Part shown: positions 1 to 9,200 of the stretch, piece after piece | Layout of the letters: every line of letters starts with the position of its first letter | Numbering within the stretch: the stretch's first letter is position 1 | Assembly (NCBI GenBank): GCA_965649265.1 | Contig: CBFGKC010000007.1 | Location: 135,594-180,166, forward strand | Direction: 5' to 3' | Length of the DNA stretch: 44,573 nt | Source of the DNA: a candidate division WOR-3 bacterium | Lineage (GTDB): Bacteria > Hydrothermota > Tepidihabitantia > B3-TA06 | Notes under the pieces: model-generated | Told to the model about the DNA's origin: nothing | Seen by the model: only the letters and a program-made list of their open reading frames with translations | The model's database searches: none | Translations under genes and position numbers: made by a program

Positions 1-108
1 CTTGAGACCGCCGGAGGCGCATTGGCAGAACCCCTCGGATTCTGCTGTTTCATTATTACTAATCACTTGAGACCGCCTAAAGACGCTTGTGCAGAATTGA
101 ATTCTGCC
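1..108 (+). repeat. Tandem REP/BIME-like palindromic units (CGCCGGAGGCGCATTGGCAGAA family)
   Basis: CTTGAGACCGCC occurs at 1 and 67, each followed by a GCAGAA...TTCTGC hairpin. Bases 9-30 are the exact reverse complement of 29353-29374 and are related to 26928-26947. Confidence 0.75.
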
Positions 109-122
109 AAGCGAACTGAAAA

Positions 123-238
123 GGGTGTGTTACGGGTGTTATTTCCTTTGAACTCAAGCTGCTGATGAAAATAACCTATGGGATGAAGGCTCATCCCAAG
201 GGTCAGACCCTGCCCCGAAGGGGTACGGGTGTTACGGG
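123..238. repeat. Dispersed repeat with GGGTCAGACCC palindrome (copy 1)
   Basis: TCATCCCAAGGGTCAGACCCTGCCCC (191-216) is identical to 16790-16815. The flanks also share GGGTGTGTTA, CAAGCTGC and CCTATG. Confidence 0.8.
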
Positions 239-257
239 GAGGAGGGTCTGAGGAGGG
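229..257. repeat. GTGTTACGGG + CTGAGGAGGG short repeats abutting a stop codon
   Basis: GTGTTACGGG at 229-238 (also 127-136) and CTGAGGAGGG at 248-257, directly next to the stop at 258-260. Confidence 0.8.
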
Positions 258-1691
258 TTATTTCATCAAGACTATCTTTACCGCACCCTGAGAACCCGAG
301 CTTGCACGGGCAAAGTAAACGCCTTCCGGTGAGGCCTTTGCGAGCCACGATCCTGCGCCGTTTTGAATAGTTACCGTCTCGACGAGCGCGCCCCGGGAGT
401 CGTAGATGCGGACTTCGGATATGGCAACACCCGGAAGCGAGAAGAGCACCTTGCCTGACGAATGGACAACGGCAGTCATGAAGTTGGGTTGAGGGTATTG
501 CGAACCCTCTTCAATGACGCCGGAGCCGCCGGGTGCGAGATAGTAGACGTTACGCGCGGATCCGGAGCCTGCTATGTATGCGACGTGCAGGTGATTGAGC
601 CGGTCTACGAAAACTTCATTTCGATACAGGTAGAGGTCGCTCAATGTATCGAGCGCTTCCTTGTGCCATGTAGAGCCTTCCTTCCAGGCGTGAGTGAGTA
701 CCCAGTTTCCCGATGAGCCATCGGAGACGTACACGATGTGCGGCCGGTTGAGTGTGTCGTAGGCAAGCGCCGGGCCTGAGGCAAGGCCGCCGGCGTCCGC
801 CGTTTTCAAAAGCATCGTGTCGACTATTTCCGGGCTGCCCCACGAGGAGCCTGAGTGGGTCACATAGTAAAGCGCGTAAGGACCGCCTGAGCCGCCGTTG
901 TCCTGGTGCGCAAAAACGGCGCCCGTGGTGCCGTTACGACTTAAGGCCATGTGGACACCGGATTCGCGCGGGTCGGAGCCCGTGGAATCTATGGGTGAAC
1001 CGTAAGACCAGTCGCCGTCCCAGCCGAGCGGCCGCACGAGGCGCTTGTAGCCCGTGCCCGAGGAATAGATGTAGAGAATGGTTGCCCTGGTTCCGTTCCA
1101 GACGAAGTCGAGAGCCCTGTCGCCGAGATTTATACGCTCCTTGACGCCCGTGGAGTCCCACGCCCAGCCCGTCGGCGTAGCGCCTGCTGAGCCAACAAAC
1201 ACCCAGTTCGAGTCGTCGTTATAGTGCGAGTAGATGATGAAAGGGATGGTTCCACCGAACCTCAAGGTCGGCCAGGAGGGGTAGGTTCCGAGAATTGCCT
1301 CCACGTTCCACACGGCGCCCGATTTCTGGGCGTAGCACATGCTGTCGCCGCCGACGTTGTGCCAGTAGCACATTGCCGGGTTGTCGTCCTGGTCGAGTGC
1401 GAGCGAGACATCGGGCGGCCCGGCAGGGTCGTGCGAAATGGCCCTTGAGCTGTCCACGACCTGTTTCTGCCACGAGCCGGACTTTAGTGCATAAGTGATT
1501 CGCCATGTGTAAGGCGAAGCCGCCCCGTCTACGGCGCAGAAGGCTATATGGGGACGACCCGTGGTGTCCGAGGATATGGATAACCAGCGCGGCAGGACGT
1601 CTGATGCCACGACCTCGGCCTTGTTTGCAGAAACAACGGTCGCCAGAAGCACGAGCGACAAGATTGATGCGGGAAAATATGGTCTCCTCAT
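258..1691 (-). CDS. Secreted beta-propeller-like protein with T9SS-type C-terminal sorting domain
   Basis: N-terminal signal peptide, repeated 'ALDxxxxPHI' blades, C-terminal 'IYDSRGALV...GVYF...KIVLMK'. RBS GGAGA. Confidence 0.85.
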   Translation of the reverse strand: MRRPYFPASILSLVLLATVVSANKAEVVASDVLPRWLSISSDTTGRPHIAFCAVDGAASPYTWRITYALKSGSWQKQVVDSSRAISHDPAGPPDVSLALDQDDNPAMCYWHNVGGDSMCYAQKSGAVWNVEAILGTYPSWPTLRFGGTIPFIIYSHYNDDSNWVFVGSAGATPTGWAWDSTGVKERINLGDRALDFVWNGTRATILYIYSSGTGYKRLVRPLGWDGDWSYGSPIDSTGSDPRESGVHMALSRNGTTGAVFAHQDNGGSGGPYALYYVTHSGSSWGSPEIVDTMLLKTADAGGLASGPALAYDTLNRPHIVYVSDGSSGNWVLTHAWKEGSTWHKEALDTLSDLYLYRNEVFVDRLNHLHVAYIAGSGSARNVYYLAPGGSGVIEEGSQYPQPNFMTAVVHSSGKVLFSLPGVAISEVRIYDSRGALVETVTIQNGAGSWLAKASPEGVYFARASSGSQGAVKIVLMK

Positions 1692-1732
1692 ATTAATCTC
1701 CTTGGTTTTCCTGTTGGTCGGTTTTTAATTGA

Positions 1733-1760
1733 AGGATAGGCCGCAAGCGCGGCTTGTCAA
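1733..1760 (-). promoter_or_regulatory. sigma70-like promoter TTGACA-16-TATCCT
   Basis: Hexamers counted directly, upstream of 258..1691. Confidence 0.6.
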
Positions 1761-1767
1761 GTTTTTT

Positions 1768-2316
1768 TCAACCGAGCGCGATGTTGCGGCCCAGGACCTC
1801 CATGCGCACGAACTGCTTGCCCTCGAGCGAAAGCCGCTGGACTATGCGGAAGCCTATCTTCTCGAACGAGCCTATCGCCCGTGCGTTGACCTGTTTTGTA
1901 AAGAGATAGACGAGTTCGAGACCGAAACGGCGGACCGCATCTTCGAGAAAAAGCCTTCCCGCTTCGGTGCCGTAACCCTTCTGCCAGTAGTCGGGGTCGA
2001 ATATGCAGATGCCGAACTCCGCGCGCCTGTTCGACCGGTCTATATCCATAAGACTCGCCTCGCCGACCAGTTTGCCCGCAAACGAATGAATCCACAGCCG
2101 CCATTCCTTTTGGGATTCCTCCTGAGCGCTAAAGGAGAGCCGCACCTCCTCGTATGTGGGATTTGCCGGCCACACGTCGGCCCATTCCAGAACGTCGGCG
2201 CGAAGCCTTTTTGCGTAAAACTCCCGCAGAAGCGACGGGCTGCGCTGCTTGAGCACAACCAGCTTTCCCGTGATGGGCTTGAAGTCTGCACCGGGCTTCA
2301 CAGACGAATTCTCCAT
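1768..2316 (-). CDS. GNAT N-acetyltransferase, RimJ/RimL family
   Basis: 'RAEFGICIFDPDYWQKGYGTEA' acetyl-CoA-binding motif and 'NARAIGSFEKIGF'. The start could be the GTG six codons downstream. Confidence 0.85.
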   Translation of the reverse strand: MENSSVKPGADFKPITGKLVVLKQRSPSLLREFYAKRLRADVLEWADVWPANPTYEEVRLSFSAQEESQKEWRLWIHSFAGKLVGEASLMDIDRSNRRAEFGICIFDPDYWQKGYGTEAGRLFLEDAVRRFGLELVYLFTKQVNARAIGSFEKIGFRIVQRLSLEGKQFVRMEVLGRNIALG

Positions 2317-2391
2317 AGATTGAGGCGTTCGTCAACACCCCTTCTTTAATTGGGCTGAAAGGGGCACAAACCAAAACGGATGAAAAATGAG

Positions 2392-2419
2392 TTGACATTC
2401 CTTTATTAGTATTTACAAT
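2392..2419 (+). promoter_or_regulatory. sigma70-like promoter TTGACA-16-TACAAT
   Basis: Near-consensus hexamers upstream of 2471. Confidence 0.75.
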
Positions 2420-2470
2420 AACACAAACGATTAGAGTGGGATTACTCTAAAAAAACGCAGGGAGGCATCA

Positions 2471-3892
2471 ATGACAAAAAAACAAATCATTATTACAGTG
2501 TGCATTGCGTTTTCAGCTGCTACAGGTTTGAATGCGCAGTCGTGGGATTCGGATTTAAGATTGACTAACGACACGGCTGGATCCTTTATTGGCAACGTCT
2601 ATGACAATAACAGGTGCATTGCCGTAGAGGGTGATACCGCCCACGCGGTATGGTTTGAAGAGCACGAGGGAAAGTCAGAAGTCTACTATAAGCGTTCGAC
2701 AGATGCCGGTGTGACATGGGAAGAAGAAAAAAGACTCGCAAGCAACGGCATAATATCAGACAATCCATCTATCGGCGTTTCTGGCGCAATAGTCCACGTG
2801 ATCTGGCATGACTTTCGTGATGGCGACGAAGATGTATACTATACACGCTCAAACGACGGAGGATCAACGTGGCAAGATGAAGTCAGACTCACCATTAGCG
2901 GTGCATGCCTTGACCCTTCGCTTGCGGTCTCAGGCTCATCAGTCCATGTGGTCTGGCGTACCATTTCCGGAGTGCACTATCTACGTTCCATTGACGCAGG
3001 GACAACATGGGGAACGGATACTAAACTTACCGATTCATCATATAGTGCTTGCTTTCCTTCTATTGCCGCTTCCGACTCTGCCGTTCATGTGGTCTGGCAA
3101 GATGAAGGCAACAGCGAGAGATGGAATGTCTTTTACACGAACTCGTCAGACGGTGGAAAAAACTGGAGCGCAGTCACACAACTCACCGACATTGATAAAC
3201 ACACATATTTTCCTTCGGTGGCGACTTCCGGTTCTGCAGTACATGTTTCGTGGCAGGACGAACGTAACGACAACCTTGAGATTTACTACAAGCGATCCTC
3301 CGACGGCGGAATAACATGGAGCCCTGATACCAGATTGACAACTGCACCGTCCGGTAAGTATCATCCGTCGGTAGCCGCCTCAGATTCCATAGTAAATGTA
3401 GTATGGGAAGACAATCGTGATTCAAGCTTGGAAGAGATATACAACAAATTCTCCACTGACGGCGGCACAAGCTGGAGTCCGGACACAAGACTGACCGATT
3501 CCCAAGGGTTCTCCAAGTTTCCTTTGGTGGCGGCTTCCGGAGCGAATGTTCACTTGATTTGGTCCGATGACCGTGACGGAAACTATGAAATCTACTATAA
3601 GCACGGTGTGATCGGAAGCGCAGTCACAGAACCTGCAAACAAATACTTGAATGAAGCCTGCCTTACAGCGGAAAATACATGCATATCCTACACCATTACT
3701 CAAACAAGCAATGTAGTATTGTCCATTTATGACATCACAGGCCGCGCAGTAAAAAGCTTCAACTTCGGCAAGGTAGAAGTCGGAAGCCATACCGTGAAGC
3801 TAGACAAGGCACTCTTACTCAGAGGCGTGTACTTTGTCCGTCTTGACGCTGGATCCTTCATCAAGACTGGAAAACTGGTATATCTCGAATAG
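2471..3892 (+). CDS. Secreted BNR/Asp-box (sialidase-like) repeat protein with T9SS-type C-terminal domain
   Basis: Signal peptide, six SxDxGxTW-like Asp boxes, C-terminal 'IYDITGRAVK...GVYFVRL'. RBS GGAGG. Confidence 0.9.
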   Translation: MTKKQIIITVCIAFSAATGLNAQSWDSDLRLTNDTAGSFIGNVYDNNRCIAVEGDTAHAVWFEEHEGKSEVYYKRSTDAGVTWEEEKRLASNGIISDNPSIGVSGAIVHVIWHDFRDGDEDVYYTRSNDGGSTWQDEVRLTISGACLDPSLAVSGSSVHVVWRTISGVHYLRSIDAGTTWGTDTKLTDSSYSACFPSIAASDSAVHVVWQDEGNSERWNVFYTNSSDGGKNWSAVTQLTDIDKHTYFPSVATSGSAVHVSWQDERNDNLEIYYKRSSDGGITWSPDTRLTTAPSGKYHPSVAASDSIVNVVWEDNRDSSLEEIYNKFSTDGGTSWSPDTRLTDSQGFSKFPLVAASGANVHLIWSDDRDGNYEIYYKHGVIGSAVTEPANKYLNEACLTAENTCISYTITQTSNVVLSIYDITGRAVKSFNFGKVEVGSHTVKLDKALLLRGVYFVRLDAGSFIKTGKLVYLE

Positions 3893-4145
3893 GACATACT
3901 GCAGTATCCATACACCGGGACTTACGGCATCTCTTCCCACGAAGCGAACATCTCAACTTCAAAAGGAAGGCGTTGCCGCGCTTCTTCAAACCTGACCGCA
4001 AACCGTTAATCTGGACTTCGGTTGGGTTCCCGAAAATCACCCTATTTTAGCCAAAAACACCCAAAAAACGTCCCACAATGGTTTTTACTCCTAACTCACG
4101 AATATACTCGCTTTACCTGCAACTTACCCCTGTTTTTCGCCGATT

Positions 4146-4206
4146 TTTTGTCCCACTTTTGTCCCACTTAGTTATCCACATTTTTGACGCGCTCGGTTAA
4201 ACCTGA
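4146..4206 (+). repeat. Inverted-repeat element (left copy) with DnaA box and 11-bp iterons
   Basis: TTTTGTCCCAC x2 (4146-4167) and TTATCCACA (4172-4180). 4157-4206 matches the reverse complement of 14604-14653 at 46/50. Confidence 0.85.
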
Positions 4207-4321
4207 CTGGCTGCCGCAGGGCGGCAGCTTGGAAGTTTGCCTGAATAATATATTCATTTGGTGGTCAAACTTCCCCTTTTCACACACCCAAAGGAGTGCC
4301 TCCGGCAATCCTTTGGGTTAC

Positions 4322-4349
4322 TTGACACGCGGTTTTTACGTTCTATACT
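4322..4349 (+). promoter_or_regulatory. sigma70-like promoter TTGACA-16-TATACT
   Basis: Upstream of the RBS AAGGAGG and the ATG at 4371. Confidence 0.75.
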
Positions 4350-4370
4350 ATACTGCCTAAGGAGGGCAAC

Positions 4371-4646
4371 ATGTTAGTAGAATACTGTCAGAGCTGCGGC
4401 AGGCTATTACGCAGAAAGCCCGATCGCGGAACGGAAAGAGACGGTACTCCGAGTTCTAGCTATTGCCGTAAGTGCTACTTAAATGGGTCGTTTACAGAAC
4501 CCAGCTTGACAAGATGGCAGATGATCGAAAGGCTCCTCCCCGAAAGGATGGAGTACGCCCATCTTTCATATATAGAAGCACTTATCGAAGCAAACCGGCT
4601 TCTCTCGGGTCTTGACCGCTGGCGAACAAGGCAGTTCTGGAATTGA
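4371..4646 (+). CDS. Zinc-ribbon protein (Zn_ribbon_2-like)
   Basis: CQSCG...GTExDG...YCxxCY..G.FT...L.RW pattern. RBS AAGGAGG. Confidence 0.85.
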   Translation: MLVEYCQSCGRLLRRKPDRGTERDGTPSSSYCRKCYLNGSFTEPSLTRWQMIERLLPERMEYAHLSYIEALIEANRLLSGLDRWRTRQFWN

Positions 4647-4701
4647 GCCCTGGCTCTGACTAATAGCTTGTAGCTTTGTATCTTACCTACCTGGAGGACG
4701 T

Positions 4702-4977
4702 ATGCAAGACCAACAAGCAACATGCCAGAGTTGTGCCATGCCGATGTCCGAGGATAAGCACTTCGGCACCGAGGCTGATGGATCCCTGAGCAGGGAATAC
4801 TGCACCTATTGCTACCAGAATGGGGCATTTACGAATCCGAACGCAACCCTTGACGGCATGGTTGACTTCCTTTCGGCAAGCTGGGGCGAATGGACCCAGA
4901 GACCCGATCTTTCGGCTGAAGAGGCCAAACCCGAGGTATTCTCGATACTTACGAATCTCAAACGCTGGAAAAAGTAG
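4702..4977 (+). CDS. Zinc-ribbon protein (Zn_ribbon_2-like), paralog of the preceding gene
   Basis: CQSCAMPM...GTEADGS...YCTYCYQNGAFT...LKRW. RBS GGAGG. Confidence 0.9.
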   Translation: MQDQQATCQSCAMPMSEDKHFGTEADGSLSREYCTYCYQNGAFTNPNATLDGMVDFLSASWGEWTQRPDLSAEEAKPEVFSILTNLKRWKK

Positions 4978-4985
4978 GAGACGAC

Positions 4986-5339
4986 ATGGCGGGCAATATA
5001 GTTCACATAGAGATACCGGCACCTGATTTTGAAAAGGCGAAAGAATTCTATTCAAAACTCTTCGGCTGGAAGGTCGAATTCGTTCCCGGAATGGACTACG
5101 CCATGTGGTCTGCAGGCGAGAATGCCGTTGCGGGCGGGTTTGAGAAAGTTTCTAAGCCCACGACTGACGGCCCCTTACTTCACATAGAGGTCGATGATAT
5201 AGACTCAAAACTCAAGGAAATTGAGGCCGCAGGTGGAAAAACTCTCACCTCGAAAACTAAGATTTCCGACGAGTTTGGGTTCTTTGCCGTTTTCGTTGAT
5301 GTGTTCGGGAACAGATTAGGGCTCTGGTCAAAAAAGTAG
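4986..5339 (+). CDS. VOC (glyoxalase/bleomycin-resistance) family protein
   Basis: 'IVHIEIPAPDFEKAKEFYSKLFGW', 'VDDID...IEAAGG', 'FVDVFGNRLGLW'. Confidence 0.9.
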   Translation: MAGNIVHIEIPAPDFEKAKEFYSKLFGWKVEFVPGMDYAMWSAGENAVAGGFEKVSKPTTDGPLLHIEVDDIDSKLKEIEAAGGKTLTSKTKISDEFGFFAVFVDVFGNRLGLWSKK

Positions 5340-5360
5340 AGGTTTCGGAGATACTACGGT

Positions 5361-5389
5361 GGCGCCCGCAAGGGCGCCTTTTTTATTTT
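5361..5389 (+). terminator. Intrinsic terminator
   Basis: GGCGCCC-GCAA-GGGCGCC followed by a T tract. Confidence 0.9.
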
Positions 5390-5396
5390 CAGCGAC

Positions 5397-5424
5397 TTGA
5401 CGTAAAGGGATGTAAGAGTACAAT
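5397..5424 (+). promoter_or_regulatory. sigma70-like promoter TTGACG-16-TACAAT, probably leaderless
   Basis: The ATG at 5430 lies 5 nt after the -10, leaving no room for an SD. Confidence 0.7.
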
Positions 5425-5429
5425 AGTCC

Positions 5430-6014
5430 ATGCCTTCAGAAAGAACGGTTGTGTGCCCCAAGTGCGGCTCGGACGATTTGATCGAATGGGGATCCGACAT
5501 GCGCATGTGCCGACGCTGCCACGAAACTTTCGTCGCGGGACAATGTGGAAAAGTCACACAGGAGATAGATTCAAACCAGGCCTCTGCGAGAGCCCAGGCG
5601 CTTCTTAAGGAACTCGAATCCAGGCGCCTGGTCGGCGGCGCAACAGAAGCCGAAAGAAAAAATGTCCTTCCAAAACCGGTTGAGGGAGCAAGAAAAAATG
5701 AACCGCGAACGGTTACGATTGAAACGCAAGGTTCCGGGGAACAAGAAAGCTCCGAAGACGTATTGAAGGAATTCGAGGAACTGTTCAAGGAATCGTCTAG
5801 TTCTCCACAGCCCTCATCCTATTCTGACGAACGCCGCGAAGAGCCGCAACGAATTTATAGAAGCCGGGAACAGGAAAGCCAGGAAAGAGTTGCAGTCGCA
5901 CAGGCACAAATATCTAAGCCCAAGAAAAACAAGACGGCAGGCTGTATTGTTGCAGGAGCGGTCATAGCCTTCTGGATTCTCATGATGATCATCTGCAGTG
6001 TTCTAGGGAAATAA
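5430..6014 (+). CDS. Hypothetical protein: N-terminal Zn ribbon, low-complexity linker, C-terminal TM helix
   Basis: CPKC...CRRC, E/S/Q-rich middle, hydrophobic C-terminus. Confidence 0.75.
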   Translation: MPSERTVVCPKCGSDDLIEWGSDMRMCRRCHETFVAGQCGKVTQEIDSNQASARAQALLKELESRRLVGGATEAERKNVLPKPVEGARKNEPRTVTIETQGSGEQESSEDVLKEFEELFKESSSSPQPSSYSDERREEPQRIYRSREQESQERVAVAQAQISKPKKNKTAGCIVAGAVIAFWILMMIICSVLGK

Positions 6015-6055
6015 CTCCAGTTTCAACAATCCCCAGAAATATGACAATTGAAAGC

Positions 6056-6084
6056 TTGACATTCACCATTTAAACGGATAAGAT
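6056..6084 (+). promoter_or_regulatory. sigma70-like promoter TTGACA-17-TAAGAT
   Basis: The ATG at 6090 lies 5 nt after the -10. Confidence 0.65.
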
Positions 6085-6089
6085 TAGGC

Positions 6090-6812
6090 ATGATTTTCAA
6101 TCGCTTCGTGCAGAAATACTTCGCCGCGAAGCGTTTCCTTTTTTCAATAATCCTATTTTTGCTGGCAGCTTCAGCGGCGAACGCTCAGGGTTATTATGTT
6201 ACCAGACCCGATCCCCGGGTTCTCGGTCACGGCTCCTACAACGTGTCACTTCATCTTGTGCCGAACGGCGGCTTGTTATTGGGACTCAAGGTTGGATTCT
6301 TTGAGTGCCTCCAGATCGGTTTGACATATGGCGGTGATAACATAATCGGTGCAGGACCCATTTATCTTTACAATTTTCCAGGAGTGCAAGCAAAGGTTGC
6401 AGTACTCAAGGAACCGGAACTTCCTTTGTCGCTGGCCGTGGGATTCGACTCCCAGAATTCCGTATGGTCCGAGCAGGTGAACCAGCCCGGCGCATATCTT
6501 GTTTTTGGAAAACAGATCCCGGTGGGCTGGCTGACGTTCGACCTGGCAATGGGCGCAGGGTACGATTTTCTGACGCAGTGGGGCTGGAGAGGCTGGCATC
6601 TCTATGCGGTGCCCTCGATCATTCTGGGAGACGCATTTAACATAACACCCGAGCTGGTCGTTTACCCTGAATACGGCATCAACCTCGGCATGGCCGCAGG
6701 CTGGCAGATAACGAAAGGCACCGGCATCGAATTTTGTCTTTCTGATATGTTCGCGGATGTGGATCCTAACTGGACGCGCAGCGTGCGTTTTCAACTTACA
6801 CAGGAGTTTTAA
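6090..6812 (+). CDS. Putative outer-membrane beta-barrel protein (YjbH-like)
   Basis: Signal peptide ending ANA-Q, alternating beta-strands, terminal Phe. Confidence 0.65.
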   Translation: MIFNRFVQKYFAAKRFLFSIILFLLAASAANAQGYYVTRPDPRVLGHGSYNVSLHLVPNGGLLLGLKVGFFECLQIGLTYGGDNIIGAGPIYLYNFPGVQAKVAVLKEPELPLSLAVGFDSQNSVWSEQVNQPGAYLVFGKQIPVGWLTFDLAMGAGYDFLTQWGWRGWHLYAVPSIILGDAFNITPELVVYPEYGINLGMAAGWQITKGTGIEFCLSDMFADVDPNWTRSVRFQLTQEF

Positions 6813-8167
6813 TGGCCGATATCATTGCGAGTTTGAAGGATAGGAATGTGGAGTTCGTCGACCTCAAACTTTCGGACCTCGAGGGAAGGCTGCGCCACAT
6901 AAACTTCCCTTTATCGAGGCTGGAAACCGCTTTGGAGCAGGGCGTCGGTTTCGACGGCTCGTCGCTGGGCGGCTTCAGGGACGTGGCGGAATCGGATTTA
7001 ATAGTGAAACCTGACACGTCGAAGATATGGATTGACCCTTTCTACGAGTACCCGACGGTGAGCTTTTTCGGTGATATCTACGAACCGAAGGGAGATGCAC
7101 CCTTCGATGCCTGCCCGCGCAACATCCTGCGCAGGGCGGTAGAACTTGTAAAAAAGGAGAAGGTGGCGGACAGGATTCTCGTTCTCCCCGAGTTCGAGTT
7201 TTATATTTTCGACGAGGCTTCCTATCACGTGAACACCCTTTCGAGCGGATTTTCGATAGAGTCAAGCGAGGAGGAGGAGGGGTGCGGGTTGAAGAACGCC
7301 TATCATGTTGCACCGCCCTTCGACGTTTTTGCGGATTTGCGCAGCGAGATGGTTCATCTCATCCAGGAAGCCGGGGTGGACGTCAAATATCACCATCACG
7401 AGGTCGGACGGTTCGCGCAGGTCGAGATCGAGACCGCGTTTCTCGATGCCGCAGAGGCGGGCGATATTGTTCAAACGATAAAGTATATCATCCGCAACGC
7501 AGCGGCGGCAGAGGATCTTAAGGTAACTTTCATGCCCAAACCCCTGGCCAACGAGGCAGGAAGCGGTATGCACTATCACGTTCAGCTCTGGAAGGGTCAA
7601 AAGAACGTATTCGCAGACGCGAAGGACGAGAACGCGTTGTCCGAGCAGGCGCGTCTGTTCATGGGCGGCATAATACGGCATTCAAGGGCCCTGTGCGCGT
7701 TCACGAACCCTACGACCAATTCCTACATGAGACTTCAGGGCGGGATGGAGGCTCCATCGAGGGTATTCCATTCAAGGGCAAACCGCAAGGCCGCGTTAAG
7801 GGTCCCCGGGTATCTGCGCGGAGGAGCCGATTTGAGGTTCGAGTACCGCGTTCCTGACGCAGCCGGGAATCCTTATCTTACGCTCGCGGGAATTCTTCTC
7901 GCCGGAATAGACGGAATAAAGCAGGGTTTTGATCCTGGCGATTTGATAGTGAATCAGCCGAATGATGACGATGACAGGTTTCCCAGTCTGCCCCGCGATT
8001 TCGATGAGGCACTCCAATCACTCAGGGACGACTCAGAATTCCTTCTTGCGGGCGGGGTTTTCCAGAAAGAAGTAATCACTAAATGGCTCAAAACAAAGGA
8101 GAAAGAGATAGCGGAAATCAAGTCCTATCCTACTCCCGCTGAGTTCGTTAAATACTTCGCTTTATAA
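6812..8167 (+). CDS. glnA: Glutamine synthetase type I
   Basis: FDGSS, PEFEFY, HHHEVG, TFMPKP..GSGMH, EAP, NR.A.LRVP, EYR.PD...NPYL. Confidence 0.95.
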   Translation: MADIIASLKDRNVEFVDLKLSDLEGRLRHINFPLSRLETALEQGVGFDGSSLGGFRDVAESDLIVKPDTSKIWIDPFYEYPTVSFFGDIYEPKGDAPFDACPRNILRRAVELVKKEKVADRILVLPEFEFYIFDEASYHVNTLSSGFSIESSEEEEGCGLKNAYHVAPPFDVFADLRSEMVHLIQEAGVDVKYHHHEVGRFAQVEIETAFLDAAEAGDIVQTIKYIIRNAAAAEDLKVTFMPKPLANEAGSGMHYHVQLWKGQKNVFADAKDENALSEQARLFMGGIIRHSRALCAFTNPTTNSYMRLQGGMEAPSRVFHSRANRKAALRVPGYLRGGADLRFEYRVPDAAGNPYLTLAGILLAGIDGIKQGFDPGDLIVNQPNDDDDRFPSLPRDFDEALQSLRDDSEFLLAGGVFQKEVITKWLKTKEKEIAEIKSYPTPAEFVKYFAL

Positions 8168-8192
8168 AAGAATCTAAACATAAGGAGGATTC

Positions 8193-9200
8193 ATGGCGGT
8201 GAGAGTGGCCGTAAACGGCTTCGGAAGAATCGGAAGACTTTTCTACCGGAGCGCATACAAGGAGAAAGGACTTGAGGTAGTTGCGGTAAACGATATCACG
8301 GATGCCGCAACACTCGCGCATCTTTTAAAGTACGACTCCATCCACCGCGGGGTCTTGGACGTAAAGGTCGCCGATGACGGTTTCTTTGTCGAAGGTCACA
8401 AGGTCAAGGTTTTGAGTATCAAGGACCCTGGAGCACTACCGTGGAAGGACCTTGGAATAGATGTAGTGGTGGAATCCACCGGCCTTTTCAGAACATACGA
8501 GAAGGCCGAACCTCACTTGAAGGCCGGCGCAAAAAAGGTGATAATCTCGGCCCCGGGAAGCGGCAAGCCCGAGATTCCGACACTGGTGATGGGTGTCAAT
8601 CACAAGGATTACAACCTGAAGAAAGACCACATTGTATCGAACGCAAGCTGCACAACCAACTGCCTTGCTCCGCTCGTCAAGGTTCTCGAGGAAAGCTTCG
8701 GCGTCGAGCGTGGCTACATGACCACCATTCACGCCTACACTGCGGACCAGAAGCTCATGGACGCCCCACACAAAGATCTCAGGCGCGCTCGCTCGGCGGC
8801 GCTCTCGATGATCCCGACCTCAACCGGCGCGACCAAGGCGATAACGAAGGTAATGCCGCATCTTGCCGGAAAGCTCTCGGGAATCTCCATAAGAGTACCG
8901 ACGCCTGATGTTTCAATGGTTGATTTTACCGCGATTGTAAGGAAAGCGACAACAATTGAGGACGTCAACGCCGCATTCAGGAAGGTAGCGTCCGCCGAAC
9001 TGAAGGGCATACTCGAATATTCCGAAGAGCCTCTTGTCTCGGTTGATTTGACGACAAACCCTGCTTCTTCCATATTTGACTCGCTTCTGACCGAGGTGGT
9101 TGACGGAACGCTCGTGAAGGTATTTGCATGGTACGACAACGAGTGGGGATACTCGAATCGCATAAAGGACCTCATCCTCTACATGGGCGAGACACTATGA
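8193..9200 (+). CDS. gap: Glyceraldehyde-3-phosphate dehydrogenase type I
   Basis: NGFGRIGR, SNASCTTNCL, WYDNEWGYS. RBS AAGGAGG. Confidence 0.98.
   Translation: MAVRVAVNGFGRIGRLFYRSAYKEKGLEVVAVNDITDAATLAHLLKYDSIHRGVLDVKVADDGFFVEGHKVKVLSIKDPGALPWKDLGIDVVVESTGLFRTYEKAEPHLKAGAKKVIISAPGSGKPEIPTLVMGVNHKDYNLKKDHIVSNASCTTNCLAPLVKVLEESFGVERGYMTTIHAYTADQKLMDAPHKDLRRARSAALSMIPTSTGATKAITKVMPHLAGKLSGISIRVPTPDVSMVDFTAIVRKATTIEDVNAAFRKVASAELKGILEYSEEPLVSVDLTTNPASSIFDSLLTEVVDGTLVKVFAWYDNEWGYSNRIKDLILYMGETL

Noticed and set aside
4146-4206. Calling this oriC
   Set aside because: Only one DnaA box per copy, no dnaA/dnaN nearby and no clear unwinding element; kept only as an origin-like repeat.
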